Below, piece after piece: positions 63,401-64,000 of a DNA stretch of 64,000 nt. The DNA is taken from contig MHFR01000068.1 of the NCBI GenBank assembly GCA_001804285.1, forward strand, positions 103,230 to 167,229, given 5' to 3'. This stretch comes from Candidatus Danuiimicrobium aquiferis. Lineage in GTDB: Bacteria; Omnitrophota; Omnitrophia; Omnitrophales; Danuiimicrobiaceae. How positions within the stretch are numbered: position 1 is the stretch's first letter; each line of letters opens with the position of its first letter. The notes under the pieces are model-generated. The model searched no databases. It was given only the letters and a program-made list of their open reading frames with translations, and had not been told where the DNA came from. A program made the translations under genes and the position numbers.

Positions 63401-64000
63401 GGAAGCCTGCTTTACTATGGATTTACTTACCGGTATCCGATCCTTGGAGGAGTATATCAATCAATTACGTTAGTCCCTCCGATCGTCAACGAAATTCTCA
63501 GAAAGGCGCTTGAACAGAAATCGAACGATCCCGCCGGCAAGTATGAATCTATGACAGCGTTGCTTTCAGATCTCGAAGCTGCGCAAAAAGAAATCACAGA
63601 ATGGCGAAAACAAGAGCCGGTATATACCCAGAAGCTTGTAAATCAATTTAAGAGAAATCTGGATATTTCTTTTGATGTCCGGTTTGATCGTAAAATATAT
63701 GAAATTAGTTTTTTACGTGAAAATGAAAGATTTTCTGACAGGGACCTTGATTATTTGTTGTCGATTCAAAATGATGCGTTTTGGGCTGAAAGCCGGTTTG
63801 CGGTCAGAATGCTTGTTCAATATGTTAAAGATTTCCCTTCGGAAATAGGCCGTATCATGGAAAGAGCGGTGTCGCAGCGGATACCTCTTCATGCTGAAAT
63901 TGTCAGGGATATTTTACTCAGTGCTTTTAAATCAAAAATAGAAATTACTATTAATGGGCATCGATACAGGTTAACTGAAAAAGAAACAAGATGGGCTTAT
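36419..64000 (+). CDS. Giant multidomain membrane protein of at least 9,194 codons. It is partial: the frame is still open at the window end.
   Basis: The ATG at 36419 directly follows an in-frame TAA at 36407-36409. No stop occurs in this frame up to 64000. The ORF track lists no M-to-stop ORF in this frame in the interval, and every + strand ORF listed here lies in another frame. Hand translation gives a signal-like N-terminus (MAGSTKQFILRIIAGVTLLAFSV). Recognisable domains at 41138, 44831, 50720, 58958 and 63221 all read in the same frame. Confidence 0.85.
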   Translation, partial: MAGSTKQFILRIIAGVTLLAFSVNQIGYSNPSPTNFSAQPVTEVPLPNPGFQFSIPPELGTVQNLTSGSGGTIVHIQTAHGNYEAEKQIQAILQHLHDHYGFNLLLLEGAGVKLKPELLQFFPQNKIKTFELADKLTHKSLMKGAELFLMRAKRAKAFGIEDLKIYRRNRRAFSRVMMRKKEADGFLEQIDRGIKHFSALYLNKELRTFLNESEDYEMGKTPLLAWIRSLQKNAEIFLDLDLSDPKNQFHWPMTLRLLKLQELESKIDTEKLAEEKRNFLKKIKPLFVSFPQKRESRMMDPHFRGDDKQSRIASPMSGTTARNDGRQNRGQAVHLPVPYSGLYTQIESLLTSPANIQNELPDPETGLLFERMASKLPRNFNYRMYPNLNYFIGRLILQSEIKGELLLAETNHLEELIVNRLAQKEDEKQLMELLRDFHLLKRLFALALTPEDYEQMTSDIVRHPEPPKGEGYEEKRFFALRAQNDRFRPRNMLQSFNALNKDNHVQNLQVAGIKDIDLLYESALEFYRIAKNRDWEMLENIQKRMNRLGERKAIVITGGFHATPFKNFFSEHGYSYAQVRPKISSTDGFQSYIDAMLQKSTLESPYVFSIPPAEWIRHGINPSWVRQQFSAAMRGMAERNRSETRNKTGLQKGDRQLLNRSHMPVPFLTDQSAQESSIRSKEHVSRAEARGREVTSRQSLVNSVPVSSDLVFQVRAEDSRQGHAGMTVELHRNDGASRAEVRQTKQAEIDTPAFYAELPKAQLRKVAFAIQFLFEDSFAWLPHEKTDISIPNIESELKRLPNYKLRNEEELERMLPKLRLTNRAALVQFLAVLVALFDKKDEEREAAEKAVTETAEVKSIDASTDVSPEAKKSKLFHFALRFMGLEELVRFRTMRRTSGASKEEERAEDKKTDASVEAGEGKEPDQPVDRRPTNEKDAAFYTRDLYLTGGLSHQNALSKILAYLKAGIGDVESDLLRQPVSDVLKTYEDDFHQRVLSREKMPYFQEVVPGFEWRTTVRDFLTLHWNRIHWPVVLYRFIGSDPGRFLFSAPVWFMIGSFIGGLTVAAAFAVIVRYVLRPLYEGVLFNLEAKAMKRYRAMAYEPFPYGPHFIFQGDDLWRNVRQTYFQSESLMLPNEKSNSVLKLYALEHVLKKYPGTRKYRSIVRRVRERLSSSSEWPDIHDAWTMVHNAAVRQRIQMSDPGVKLILYVLELPVRAPPATEAQSPQGRRNFYQRLVLLIRRLILIAIQNAILQPFRILRSSVYSLNLRATARLIEKIENRIKAFFKYPIREYSSEMFSSRSNTQVKSVMGLPDEEKRKQELIQYLKQFNISELDPLIAEIDQRLHLKFDRFFDKEWFSQAFWNTLTGNRVVSNKKRKNKSEEAIAEKLRVLNAQYEFDLANHTVLLNTEMPLFLNAFILVKLASQLYQHHVVRGERENIHLPPEELESIPKKMLMKLFWDAFRNGKKYFSDTKQPYMGNLAIFILMMVKAWGCKVYSSNDKPGILYIKTHRITMRAMIKAKEGFVIGSHYLLGKRYLGITNQKNYPLAEKKHGVSKKLSAVYSILKPFFPILSQFAWMLGYLTAVVALFSGFFLHLDLSFVMHYLDQLIQWLSTIDFFDIGPMIAAIWHSIQSAYHDLAAAFSQILHYLFDIDLTWLKQFFHDLWQSLEPVRAFVEDYLVPFFYQFLVPALIFGWGMISGFLAYKVQLRQRLIQVGDYFISFGAPKLIAWFITVPAVIAATTLNLNTDKIFEFRERIESALQTKYIVKPLSLIWHMLANLLYAGSFLFGVGLYFFMMWLIIDPQLGLSGLAGGLQSLGLPVPPIVLIAYVAGVVSLPFSFVYVVSDLLMKKLPERGLFSGRRTVWGMIAFLGVFAVITPVALNYTFRSNWMRSDYVAKEKARTLYAKPSMVYHYSLMGKEEAKLKIEEMKKEQTQKIEEVKKEQTQKIEAFKAQIEQAASQPAYPSTISRFKKKIEEFFKQDDKKKKVNAVESNKTAEDMQAFVHFFFERFYRFQKYKGMENIVDPENGILLVKTIDELKLHKQDILTAIQNKNRAVYGNMLFWEGLFRTFAVNGPGFYDAFTPDEWKTVLNHVFDVLEGKVHYRHFRQRYFEERKALNVIDYFLWGNLSSLHRLHLYFEGVGTVKGDFQKVSILYLMMADSPWGYVFPSADHFTVLDPDRSGLYLSFFEDPSIAVGIPENPWAKSNSKGGLPTAKAPRVAVNVSPEIRSLMVETIERLVKTKTGDQDVQSFIYSRNLWFNGHNTADFLKSDLLKQAAPVRPKPLSTKPYTTTKPAERSGNVQSQGRAEVRNVTPKTGTGSVSVKPEPVPVLARAETRDEALGGRVSVKEEDVFKGSKLLKWLGAAFWGLGCAAFLYGAYGVISLSDLFVSYLPVLLEGWLIIGTAVLVSHYKNQLQYWTRLSLMTGATVSVFLLFHKLAAYYWPVFGLNPDIKLSTSMIVRLPSIFCGVFINELIRVKRFFNFEFKLGWEEAKPHFIKAFKWAISYGAITGYYFYVVLYGFIGPYIPQANYFPMMTPDMGTAMMKMFFDLAVTTPLVNIWTVSAVSVAFGEEVDVAQNWRNQLEGFLLFYPLTSLYWMVALSISWFLFPDGLDGFQASHALFSTLWQIALPVFIVKFYIGNGKRGKLTGQKPAPVPHLIWENQSVSAISRRVDVRPKNANTGITVNRSHLRALAINMVFAGGAVADKAAQWALSKTLPVAAKLLWPGKPRRSKTSDRSEVRNNENNAKTIVDRGEQESSIRRGLVSRAEARQEEYEVASQPAAPHIRNLKQVVTDVQTAVSELNIRGLEVFVFGSRANGKPRDGSDLDLIVLVSETMDQAAAMAIIWQNDEIEKRLSEKLKTKRDYRVQFHDINPATRRHYFYLWKTRQFFKKNTYLWFVQANSIQGFELHADGVVPVDLDRLESLTPLPINLANDIAGLSPEQSRSETRQMGFAEEDEEDSDDDFMLDGEDLDIMPGEFSVKPQPPSGAANQLSGGKEEKNKGKRFPAARPDDYPSPVRSIISSGLKIDEDTSLPSARRSEVRLKKDSTEAMLHQGARVSSIHPKGPVSRSEARNILQKGDRHMTPIEQLPVPFLTDQSERESSQLRRGPKDAAARAEVRSDFNNATDEQIMTALKQIGLSERQTRNLSTYLSKIKRVLASGRRFRSHEELRVFMAGVLGVPELAAKFADHFFEKSASQPAAKPNKAPSKSFQFNRTVEQVIGKMPFSVNVLSGPNRKKLYDGKYVPNVVQVASLGVRERIAARHIVYSKFLDVLEEYTHLTEAELLHMGFVYRQGPSSLYLSEVVRPILQSTGASHEAQSALAPAILEIAKSMREAKALSGDEVLKAIFSNLGGIDGQFSQLIAYLNHIQFNKGKNPRLKVPDEKVQEIKSIGEVEEITIWFVKAGFLTSVAMAEVKFKSSTNRAPIRFAINVANDRTISAEKVRNAYRHMRADYDLDSRFVAEPIGLGTEIAPVIISEWVEQSDELHLYADTGFQQFQVWSGQNMHNNQKVSLQDSRKIWRQIIQIQTMYSGVRPDGAGMSRPWINRGDFVLTRDSQGEPRVVLIWDDRSNLVTGQKIPWDAIDSVVNSLIWGEVDPDSGKYIWADDPELAIRAIEDGYLEHRQDKMEAKAELIEILKMVYRNRLPEIIRQPSVISAGFDDFDPAELDHFISVAKHAHKVLGEFLQQRSEVREESFAVDGEKDLTIEEIDAQMKTDGFPEMEWLWKTFKGMKIWKGVKLRRINLADIDPGKIQEMRTRHMGGLLARPLVMALMSVSIMCIALSVFMLSVSALQDVMLSLQGYPVGDWHSFWKNNVEPIFRMFRNPLIWMALLFSTPVVFLPATAIKRAFLLSWKKISALDLAFMLSKRNYREWFEQTPGAQQTVAKLRGMGINENFDNPDYARRYRATTKGVVEVPIPAVPNVHAVLKEVLGEVRDGKYERGNYTTSLKHGRKSVTAFVAQNKREVELSKPPRPRYAWPIPTFIGLLMGFYSIVYFPRTPMWGLYLVVMSIIAPGIYFVSTALNIAPGILYYKRTRTYLSQIIAGNRPKSGIEINMEQLGINVLEYEKEKVYENREAGTRIVIRNKKTLEGAVKFLTSSEDIGNCIALHNFVSWVLPTLLDDDGIQLADIYFKGTHDVYTHRAQMWMVAAQENGVPVLTVNSFEFNNDGSTHINRLMPEAIKALQDVAVRTGFKKHIYVGISEFGREYLDSHFPQGKTQNDIEKIHHPDAGYRYYFDSYALRGFPWGHRRYVFLKERSLTKRIYAVIFGIIEVFKGNFSKAKAFISSAKNVHNFWEIPVENAGQAIKETEEARSEVRTQRLLDDIGQNSGDIVQRLHDSQIRYLEKQGVEKNFLERVSRLPVDELFSEAINYLLAREIKKTGVRLLPQAEEIVDFILRQNLPVLMMTGTPHDYVNLRIAHHPLAKRIAESAGIWGAHEDEIRMGYPGNKLGGIRALSRDPKYGAGRILSIGDGEAEKQAASKTGNPFVLIDPLVQENMTAVLPEKPMIVHDLARWREWLPNLLEKQNIKIVVFDWDGTLSDSQSAVEEVQTRLLYGIWKGFNDEALEEPEIIAELYETSFGREALRMMQSIRGLSAQRSFSEYFMPLLIKPARAEVRENENELPEVPEPPLELELTGSASVSDETVILPPDVTSSQGEQPEDVKSAEDQVRFEDEVIEPDGQIDTEKLNIHTAIYEPTGSGLLDEVDEQRESVAPGNNDTVVLASPVLDLSGDLPATSLNIENFIKADLKLGMLSDNLKQYEIRHHQSDWLIEHEIRVAVLVFQLGKQLKWDPDELRELVFAARFHDIGKTDSSINPLIVNKPEALTPSERDLMRRHPLYGARILEEAGVDSKQILDAMYMHHEALDGTGYPSQLKGDLIDRGGRILKIADSFDAMAFARPYSQPKSLETILKELESDRGSHFDPDLVREFVKLETFPAGGRAEVRDMTPKTGTGNRFLFIGLSDQKGDRHMTPVEQLPVPFLTAKELVSRSEARQDHVADEIRAEFQTIVAVAKGKPKRIKGLSSIVDFESGRLRANFPRPIGDTVGKTKTIGPVKNLADLELEIFNLATGEFRMDFYYKKTGEKKFEKDPLRMYWVPEKKAFLVEREYQLERVNAAFRRLRETKQKGTEEIRETIGDISAFMNLQVGGTPEAFQTPDGESVEKPFFTGAGVDLDRMSLVIVKESQDRYRLEFGYVYTVEDEESHEKIKKEGIAVVLWERNKKADDYKGYIRRKDKQIEELRNAFKELLNPALPVGSARDIEDVRELFHLPTGLMQIAFPTPDGGNIGGGKSEEEGRRGIGASADLEFISARVVKTADEQLRVDFYYKTRKDKIIREEPASIAWDGLSYIFPSDDMGLTDKEFRMRVLKGRILEELLYRFFAKKQSDTMSSSGLTGGSMDSRLRGNDRGSRIEFEREFLVDEFTKEYRYPTFFVEGEFVGACKWGRSAHSIVETVLKLSRLQKLSGRTEPIRLIVFDAAKVDEAMEALRATQINGIPYEIIPASELLKRTGPPNGDAVSMLETLKDVRQKELAGDETGLEKMYASLREESGAPVRRYKKGLQLQHEADWQSHLINHYIEEGPEKILSVLDSIQEHQSPYWEWAYHLRLIAFLSYLYQKVEDGRVRKRILEIYPDIEKDPGAWQKIVQYYKLREYGPDAEARIHALIRTQELDESEDIEEAEEVPAPAAERKSRMTHAAAFDFGRFEVTVDRTISRQMKRHHITDLDKAVPAVDMAVTPDVKAATLLETIAEFRKLFARVTDPYDPFQRMSLFLSQKKEDLKDIPAAERHALLRQVVQAFVMYFIDVKRFNDSRYKFFTGYKGGLGNVGFGDFLRSLDATGNLILVEDDFGPGVSGSRLLNEFETFAKTLGIPVPRLSFDPHAAAASGNVPIPAAVFFADEIIRRADRGKLVRTPEDRRVILDFIGAIKSDQQRVVKLAAAAKGGVNTNQVGFNEAVVKDLHDQVKRTGPQSFPEKLEERIVKFAQGIIQIFSHEGLAQPSMYNAANNALDLRVKNIARMKELLHAIPQDEIDEKELEILLQVYIASVSTIFGVAFGKAWDREDFDQLKVLLDGKGIISRKVLDQLGAEGNVRPVKEAIPIAALNERSFEFSLSYFFPELSPERVLHLAVLGYELFDRIARENVIANRTYDAWLLLNMVSSRSFDSNKNVRNHRGLINNRFHTAPMVKALDDLHAWLKKQNIDTSTVTYPFSGTDLTTALLLTDASTIRMYDALPFGMDMNPRDYEAYKISYVAHKAASGIILDNVASAIGHAKTPLLWELEAIGAKDIKIELDDEDVNMYRIHFKWAYDKDSPLKERVIEYREWIFEEQEDFDGAVDPKRDTVYLHKGTMASGIYSSKLPNVIISFGGETVKGYQKIPVKRIIQIPDPKKLAPAHTFRYPQISEAAVLIKSKVPLELALRPEEEEGIQPLTAEEKDAIQKSISISNGVAEVLREDKGSILLTGETDSAHLFGKRLQYRQIPDDLKVSAVPAELYKGKNVLVVPGYGNLPFTLKELGARSVVAIDKDPGVIAWQRAKQIYAGDPSVQAMNRDEAKDPNESLERLHELVMTDAEPIEPVDGIRFAAADLTERLPIEDDSMDLIVVPYLFGFERGITTVDGFERGLAEILRVAKPDATIIILPSGLSDEAQYVKGSKLPEFCRWLRAQQGLVIQESAPIPLYNYLDDPARQTTPPLGHYAAISNQGPSIFYGDTYGKLTPSAGSFFRSLNQEIGGYHSKFPQYYRDHIANSHGQILKGAEGLSGMAVVLGLGNGIDIPLKLLAKQFDRVIVIDLDAETVKQTVAKLDENLRRKIEIRVDDLSGILPEFSHEVDKIVAEAPSPESARERILSLAKSIEIRKNALAGVKASYVTSSVVLSQLIFTAHQYAVDQMRKRFSVDESFLTSFLDYRKAFLYDLMVKVASHYLSSIHGTVQPSGRVYFADGLHETPVEENAIGVRRGLAQPEPKIPVTVFELIEQWFTRDIAQHTYWVWDNKPPKVTQDHKGSVLQEVSDILLPKPAGRTQTTLIYSPPGGVDRSSDPAWQSLKKKADLYIHLWDEPLVKKFQRLKPERLAPTGRNYSHHDYSPNVFGAEEERIHKEAIRYTEKGVTFSEDFQGSAFVLMEPGENDVIATAIEQPGFDDPEIAFIGEKNGKLVVGGTQYFNPLYYRYDDFLKFLLTMIQDQGIQLKGLMIGHEDSPKQDNAARHFVEEVTRMGIPTVSFPPRKEPGTILVTKEGIARLHFKKREHAQTVRGPKADQSDARLELEVDRSATDLRLWKDLFPEEKTSDTQPVKRDVSGDDLVRKRYLELLDDMEKRLAEPVESEKTLQARLVRDENELSLRVTYQREDRVSHVVVRFDRQKEKAEVRGFAELVGEEDVTAAGVRGRIGVPLGEVDILAARYRFEGEVSLSESESNFRKGLMDILRAARVKVLAHLYPELSRPQDRTVKDSSEQPRYPVPGKEEIIEFYEKHGDDGFIYLPNGAKVPVGIYQLDDKTLTWYRGLINEFGRNLKILSLGSGRGKLESLLKEDGHQVTAVDLSPKNARYAEKVGVETVLADAHHLSLPEKDYDLVIVVDSLGQMDPPVIFQRAKEHLKAGGWLFVTMVRTEAKQTREGYEVTKYILYPRGYLNHELTKAGFAPTSEGMLPTFGDPRGITFEYHNAVYQPARSEARALKPFSNLFWWRSESNKRLREVKHQWSRLERLLIKKGAKLQVQLASFWHEEGEHTDLPDMDVLAVKSLYSGTAFASFELPQGAITHFLKDEETSLVARGNPFWAKFMRVANETVSEKMFGVDDFREAWRTLRRLRLEYRRKEKKEPVPFKVNLADPVISYRSLGVESDGSIRRDDLFDYLKLSDKQREELARYKIVEISSEQNPSGRGKLILYYPVSAETKKLIERIKSRYKEDLRQLGFAGGEAADEFILEQFLTPVLIALRDVVQVRKLADVIARYLNEQGSSKMPKEMKVVHVGGLYHYRSLQKILEATGLFEDGLVFELLDPIFESREHIPDSEKGVQFFADRIPDLIDHTSSNGSEILFGDAYFLKLFGDFLRETDFWYYLGVLNLKDKQYAASVKAFEKALELHPDDPRIRQVTKTFKRAAPAFHNLAFIEQSRKDFILAAGHYRTAVALDPSLFHAWFNLGRSLGKLERFLDAAEAFQNGLRALNDREKEDQKLARDFWEHLADAYSRAGKVKAKDYILNEVLRKRTQLPTKQELSVLFEKLNTVGEKRAEVRHNENNAEGIIDQNARVSSIRSKGPVSRAEVRSHAPYIPIFSTRTEIARAHAVIKRSTARNKKVKESKAMMVLLPTKDGGDKLPLWFERTMADLNKLKGYHIELMIASNGSSPTDNAHEVIKNIAAQYIPEGIPVTYIHIEPDVGKNATINVLYEEALKRYQEIKAEKQAAKSKKGTSDFKMFLHFLDDDVYFGQDTESQIGKNIKLLEDPEFAQKRTGVVPKIVSTTPVSPVIRGGWSLLDTWKYYFQRMTNIRKQALGIPLVQIYGQSYTIDIEDFPKSGIPDVLSYEDAYLSAFFYPHMVTNPDATHEHAEPATWGVFMSRYLRDVRHRAELGKFFSYDPALKENFDRFIEERRKSHRVLTEALKQKFQFSPIDRMLLKLNLGLKHRLDKIYAQGKAEKYLEQEGPMIRGTNVGNVDLISVNPKTYGIATKEGVIYTEPEQLWNTVVAMGLDTDLNRRLNMGEVLKTIADNRNLSEEDKVHLKQTLEEIWQSFGRTPAEELTIEEFAVFLNDQRNLGPGARFLTEYLINQKLFLLYHASHQRDDWLLAYSAMIKLIGFIREEATIEDLRELLRIARKSNIPIAYRLLAEVMDRVMQLEEPIEIAGQSYRVMEKIEGGFVLADGDPQKFEPTRYYVASHIVPAEHARLQRMSELEPVHFVKPIVYDEVLRIQVADRVNGQGFNDYVNRWHRVCSWLEIAIQITKSAIAMHQQGYVHGDLARPYGVVTLDPEQSDQVVLTNTGLAEWAGHLSERADVYGIGSLLYYGFTYRYPILGGVYQSITLVPPIVNEILRKALEQKSNDPAGKYESMTALLSDLEAAQKEITEWRKQEPVYTQKLVNQFKRNLDISFDVRFDRKIYEISFLRENERFSDRDLDYLLSIQNDAFWAESRFAVRMLVQYVKDFPSEIGRIMERAVSQRIPLHAEIVRDILLSAFKSKIEITINGHRYRLTEKETRWAY
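37281..37340. repeat. Class A palindromic element (GTCATTCCCGC-aaaa-GCGGGAATCC plus ATCCCCAC/GTGGGGAT hairpin), in frame within the giant ORF.
   Basis: The core is near-identical to the intergenic copy at 8396-8459, with compensatory changes in the second stem. Confidence 0.7.
37401..37435. repeat. Class B hairpin (ataGGGGACAGGCAg-ttcat-cTGCCTGTCCCCtat), in frame within the giant ORF.
   Basis: A perfect 15-nt inverted repeat was read directly. Confidence 0.7.
38371..38420. repeat. Class B hairpin (AAAAGGGGACAGGCA-20 nt-TGCCTGTCCCCTTTT). The loop is in inverted orientation relative to the copies at 45654 and 51324.
   Basis: The loop caattgctcaacaggagtcatatg is the reverse complement of the loop in the other two copies. 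Confidence 0.7.
38444..38477. repeat. Class C hairpin (TCCTCGATAC-14 nt-GTATCGAGG) followed by GCCGAAGCGCG (RAEAR).
   Basis: Read directly from the sequence. Confidence 0.7.
38571..38599. repeat. Class A hairpin (ATTCCCGC-caggggcat-GCGGGAATGACA), in frame.
   Basis: Read directly from the sequence. Confidence 0.65.
42187..42252 (+). repeat. 33-nt direct tandem repeat, two full copies plus a partial third. It encodes KIEE[MV]KKEQTQ heptad-like repeats.
   Basis: The units are aaaattgaagaaatgaaaaaggaacaaactcaa and aaaattgaagaagtgaaaaaggaacaaactcaa. Confidence 0.8.
43363..43408. repeat. Class B-variant hairpin (AACGGGGACAGGTTCTG-12 nt-CAGAACCTGTCCCCGTT), preceded by RAEVRNVTPKTGTG.
   Basis: A 17-nt perfect inverted repeat. 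Confidence 0.65.
44689..44718. repeat. Class C hairpin (GTCCTCGATAC-gtagagggctt-GTATCGAGGGCCGAAGCGCG).
   Basis: Read directly. It is part of a ~115-nt module that begins with TCCGAAGTTCGCAACAATGAAAATAATGCC at 44626. Confidence 0.7.
44790..45120 (+). other. Nucleotidyltransferase (pol-beta superfamily, MNT-like) domain inside the giant protein.
   Basis: The motif LEVFVFGSRANGKPRDGSDLDLIVLV matches the hG[GS]x9-13DhD signature. Confidence 0.6.
45598..45630. repeat. Class C hairpin (GTCCTCGATAC-atcccaaggggcct-GTATCGAG).
   Basis: Read directly from the sequence. Confidence 0.7.
45654..45705. repeat. Class B hairpin (AAAAAGGGGACAGGCA-tatgactcctattgaacaattg-CCTGTCCCCTTTTT).
   Basis: Read directly from the sequence. 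Confidence 0.7.
45727..45770. repeat. Class C variant hairpin in which both stem halves are changed (TCCTCGCAG ... CTGCGAGG).
   Basis: Compensatory substitution of the stem relative to TCCTCGATAC/GTATCGAGG. The position relative to the class B element is the same as at 38444. Confidence 0.6.
50023..50060 (+). other. HAD motif I (VVFDWDGTLSD) inside the giant protein. A GDG motif-IV-like segment (SIGDGEAE) lies about 200 nt upstream.
   Basis: Read from the translation. Confidence 0.45.
50714..51240 (+). other. HD-GYP domain (candidate c-di-GMP phosphodiesterase module) inside the giant protein.
   Basis: It shows H...FHDIGK...RRHPLYG...MYMHHEALDGTGYP...KIADSFDAMAFARPY. Confidence 0.75.
51324..51375. 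repeat. Class B hairpin (AAAAAGGGGACAGGCA-tatgactcctgttgagcaattg-CCTGTCCCCTTTTT).
   Basis: Read directly. It is preceded by RAEVRDMTPKTGTG (51250-51290), as the 43363 copy is. Confidence 0.7.
52629..52652. repeat. Class A hairpin (ATTCCCGC-ttgc-GCGGGAATGACA), in frame; it encodes DSRLRGNDR.
   Basis: Read directly from the sequence. Confidence 0.65.
58958..59255 (+). other. Class I SAM-dependent methyltransferase-like domain inside the giant protein.
   Basis: Motif I (KILSLGSGRGKL), motif II (VTAVDLSP), motif III (YDLVIVVDSL) and GGWLFVT are present. Two further Rossmann MTase-like segments lie at ~55900-56400 and ~56700-56900. Confidence 0.65.
60570..60960 (+). other. TPR-repeat region inside the giant protein.
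   Basis: It contains AFEKALELHPDDP, HYRTAVALDPSLFHAWFNLGRSLGKLERFLDAAEAFQNGL. Confidence 0.55.
61168..61202. repeat. Class C hairpin (GTCCTCGATAC-gctccaaagggcct-GTATCGAGGGCCGAAGTGCG).
   Basis: Read directly. It is part of a ~115-nt module starting at 61106 (GCCGAAGTGCGTCACAATGAAAATAATGCC) that parallels the one at 44626. Confidence 0.7.
61325..61710 (+). other. GT-A fold (family-2-like) glycosyltransferase domain inside the giant protein.
   Basis: It shows MMVLLPTKDGGDKL...LMIASNGS...FLDDDVYF with a DxD-type motif. Confidence 0.5.
63020..63590 (+). other. Protein-kinase-like catalytic-fold domain (possibly degenerate) at the C-terminal end of the visible part of the giant protein.
   Basis: HQQGYVHGDLARPYGVV is HRD-like, ADVYGIGSLLYYGF resembles the kinase DVYS(L/F)G region and KYESMTALLSDLEAA resembles the kinase C-lobe. 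Confidence 0.45.

Noticed and set aside
1-64000. tRNA, rRNA or other canonical RNA genes in intergenic regions.
   Set aside because: No tRNA-like acceptor or T-arm patterns, and no rRNA-like conserved blocks, were recognised in any intergenic stretch. Apart from the structured repeats, all intergenic regions are short.
36419-64000. The idea that the stop-free 27.6 kb is non-coding or an assembly artefact.
   Set aside because: The other five frames show normal stop density. The open frame encodes many independent, well-formed enzyme signatures in correct N-to-C motif order. I cannot exclude misassembly without reads, but frame continuity through every junction argues against a concatenation.

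Overview
This 64 kb window looks like a Gram-negative bacterial chromosome with roughly 42% GC. The first ~19 kb is a surface-polysaccharide / LPS biosynthesis locus. It holds a Wzc-like tyrosine-kinase tail, two O-antigen ligase/polymerase-like membrane proteins, a PglK/MsbA-like ABC exporter, six glycosyltransferases, a NodU-type carbamoyltransferase and a WecA-family initiating transferase. The locus is interrupted by housekeeping genes (mrp/apbC, folE, lpxD). Next come a LysM-amidase, a feoA-feoB-small Cys-rich protein-hemY operon, an AsmA-like protein, a HAD hydrolase, lpd, orn, an Upf1-like helicase, dus and a cupin. The main finding is in the last 27.6 kb (36419 to the window end). It is one continuous + strand reading frame of at least 9,194 codons with no stop inside the window. 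The ORF track does not list it because it only lists M-to-stop ORFs. The frame encodes a giant multi-pass membrane protein with nucleotidyltransferase, HAD, HD-GYP, Rossmann/SAM-methyltransferase, GT-A glycosyltransferase, TPR and protein-kinase-like modules. Three classes of short palindromic (hairpin) elements sit inside it, in frame. Copies of the same elements also occur in intergenic DNA at 8396 and 30724, where one is built as a MITE with terminal inverted repeats. The hairpin stems are kept by compensatory substitutions. One copy carries an inverted loop. The elements encode a recurrent R[AS]E[VA]R linker peptide. All calls come from reading the sequence and the ORF track. No database search was possible.
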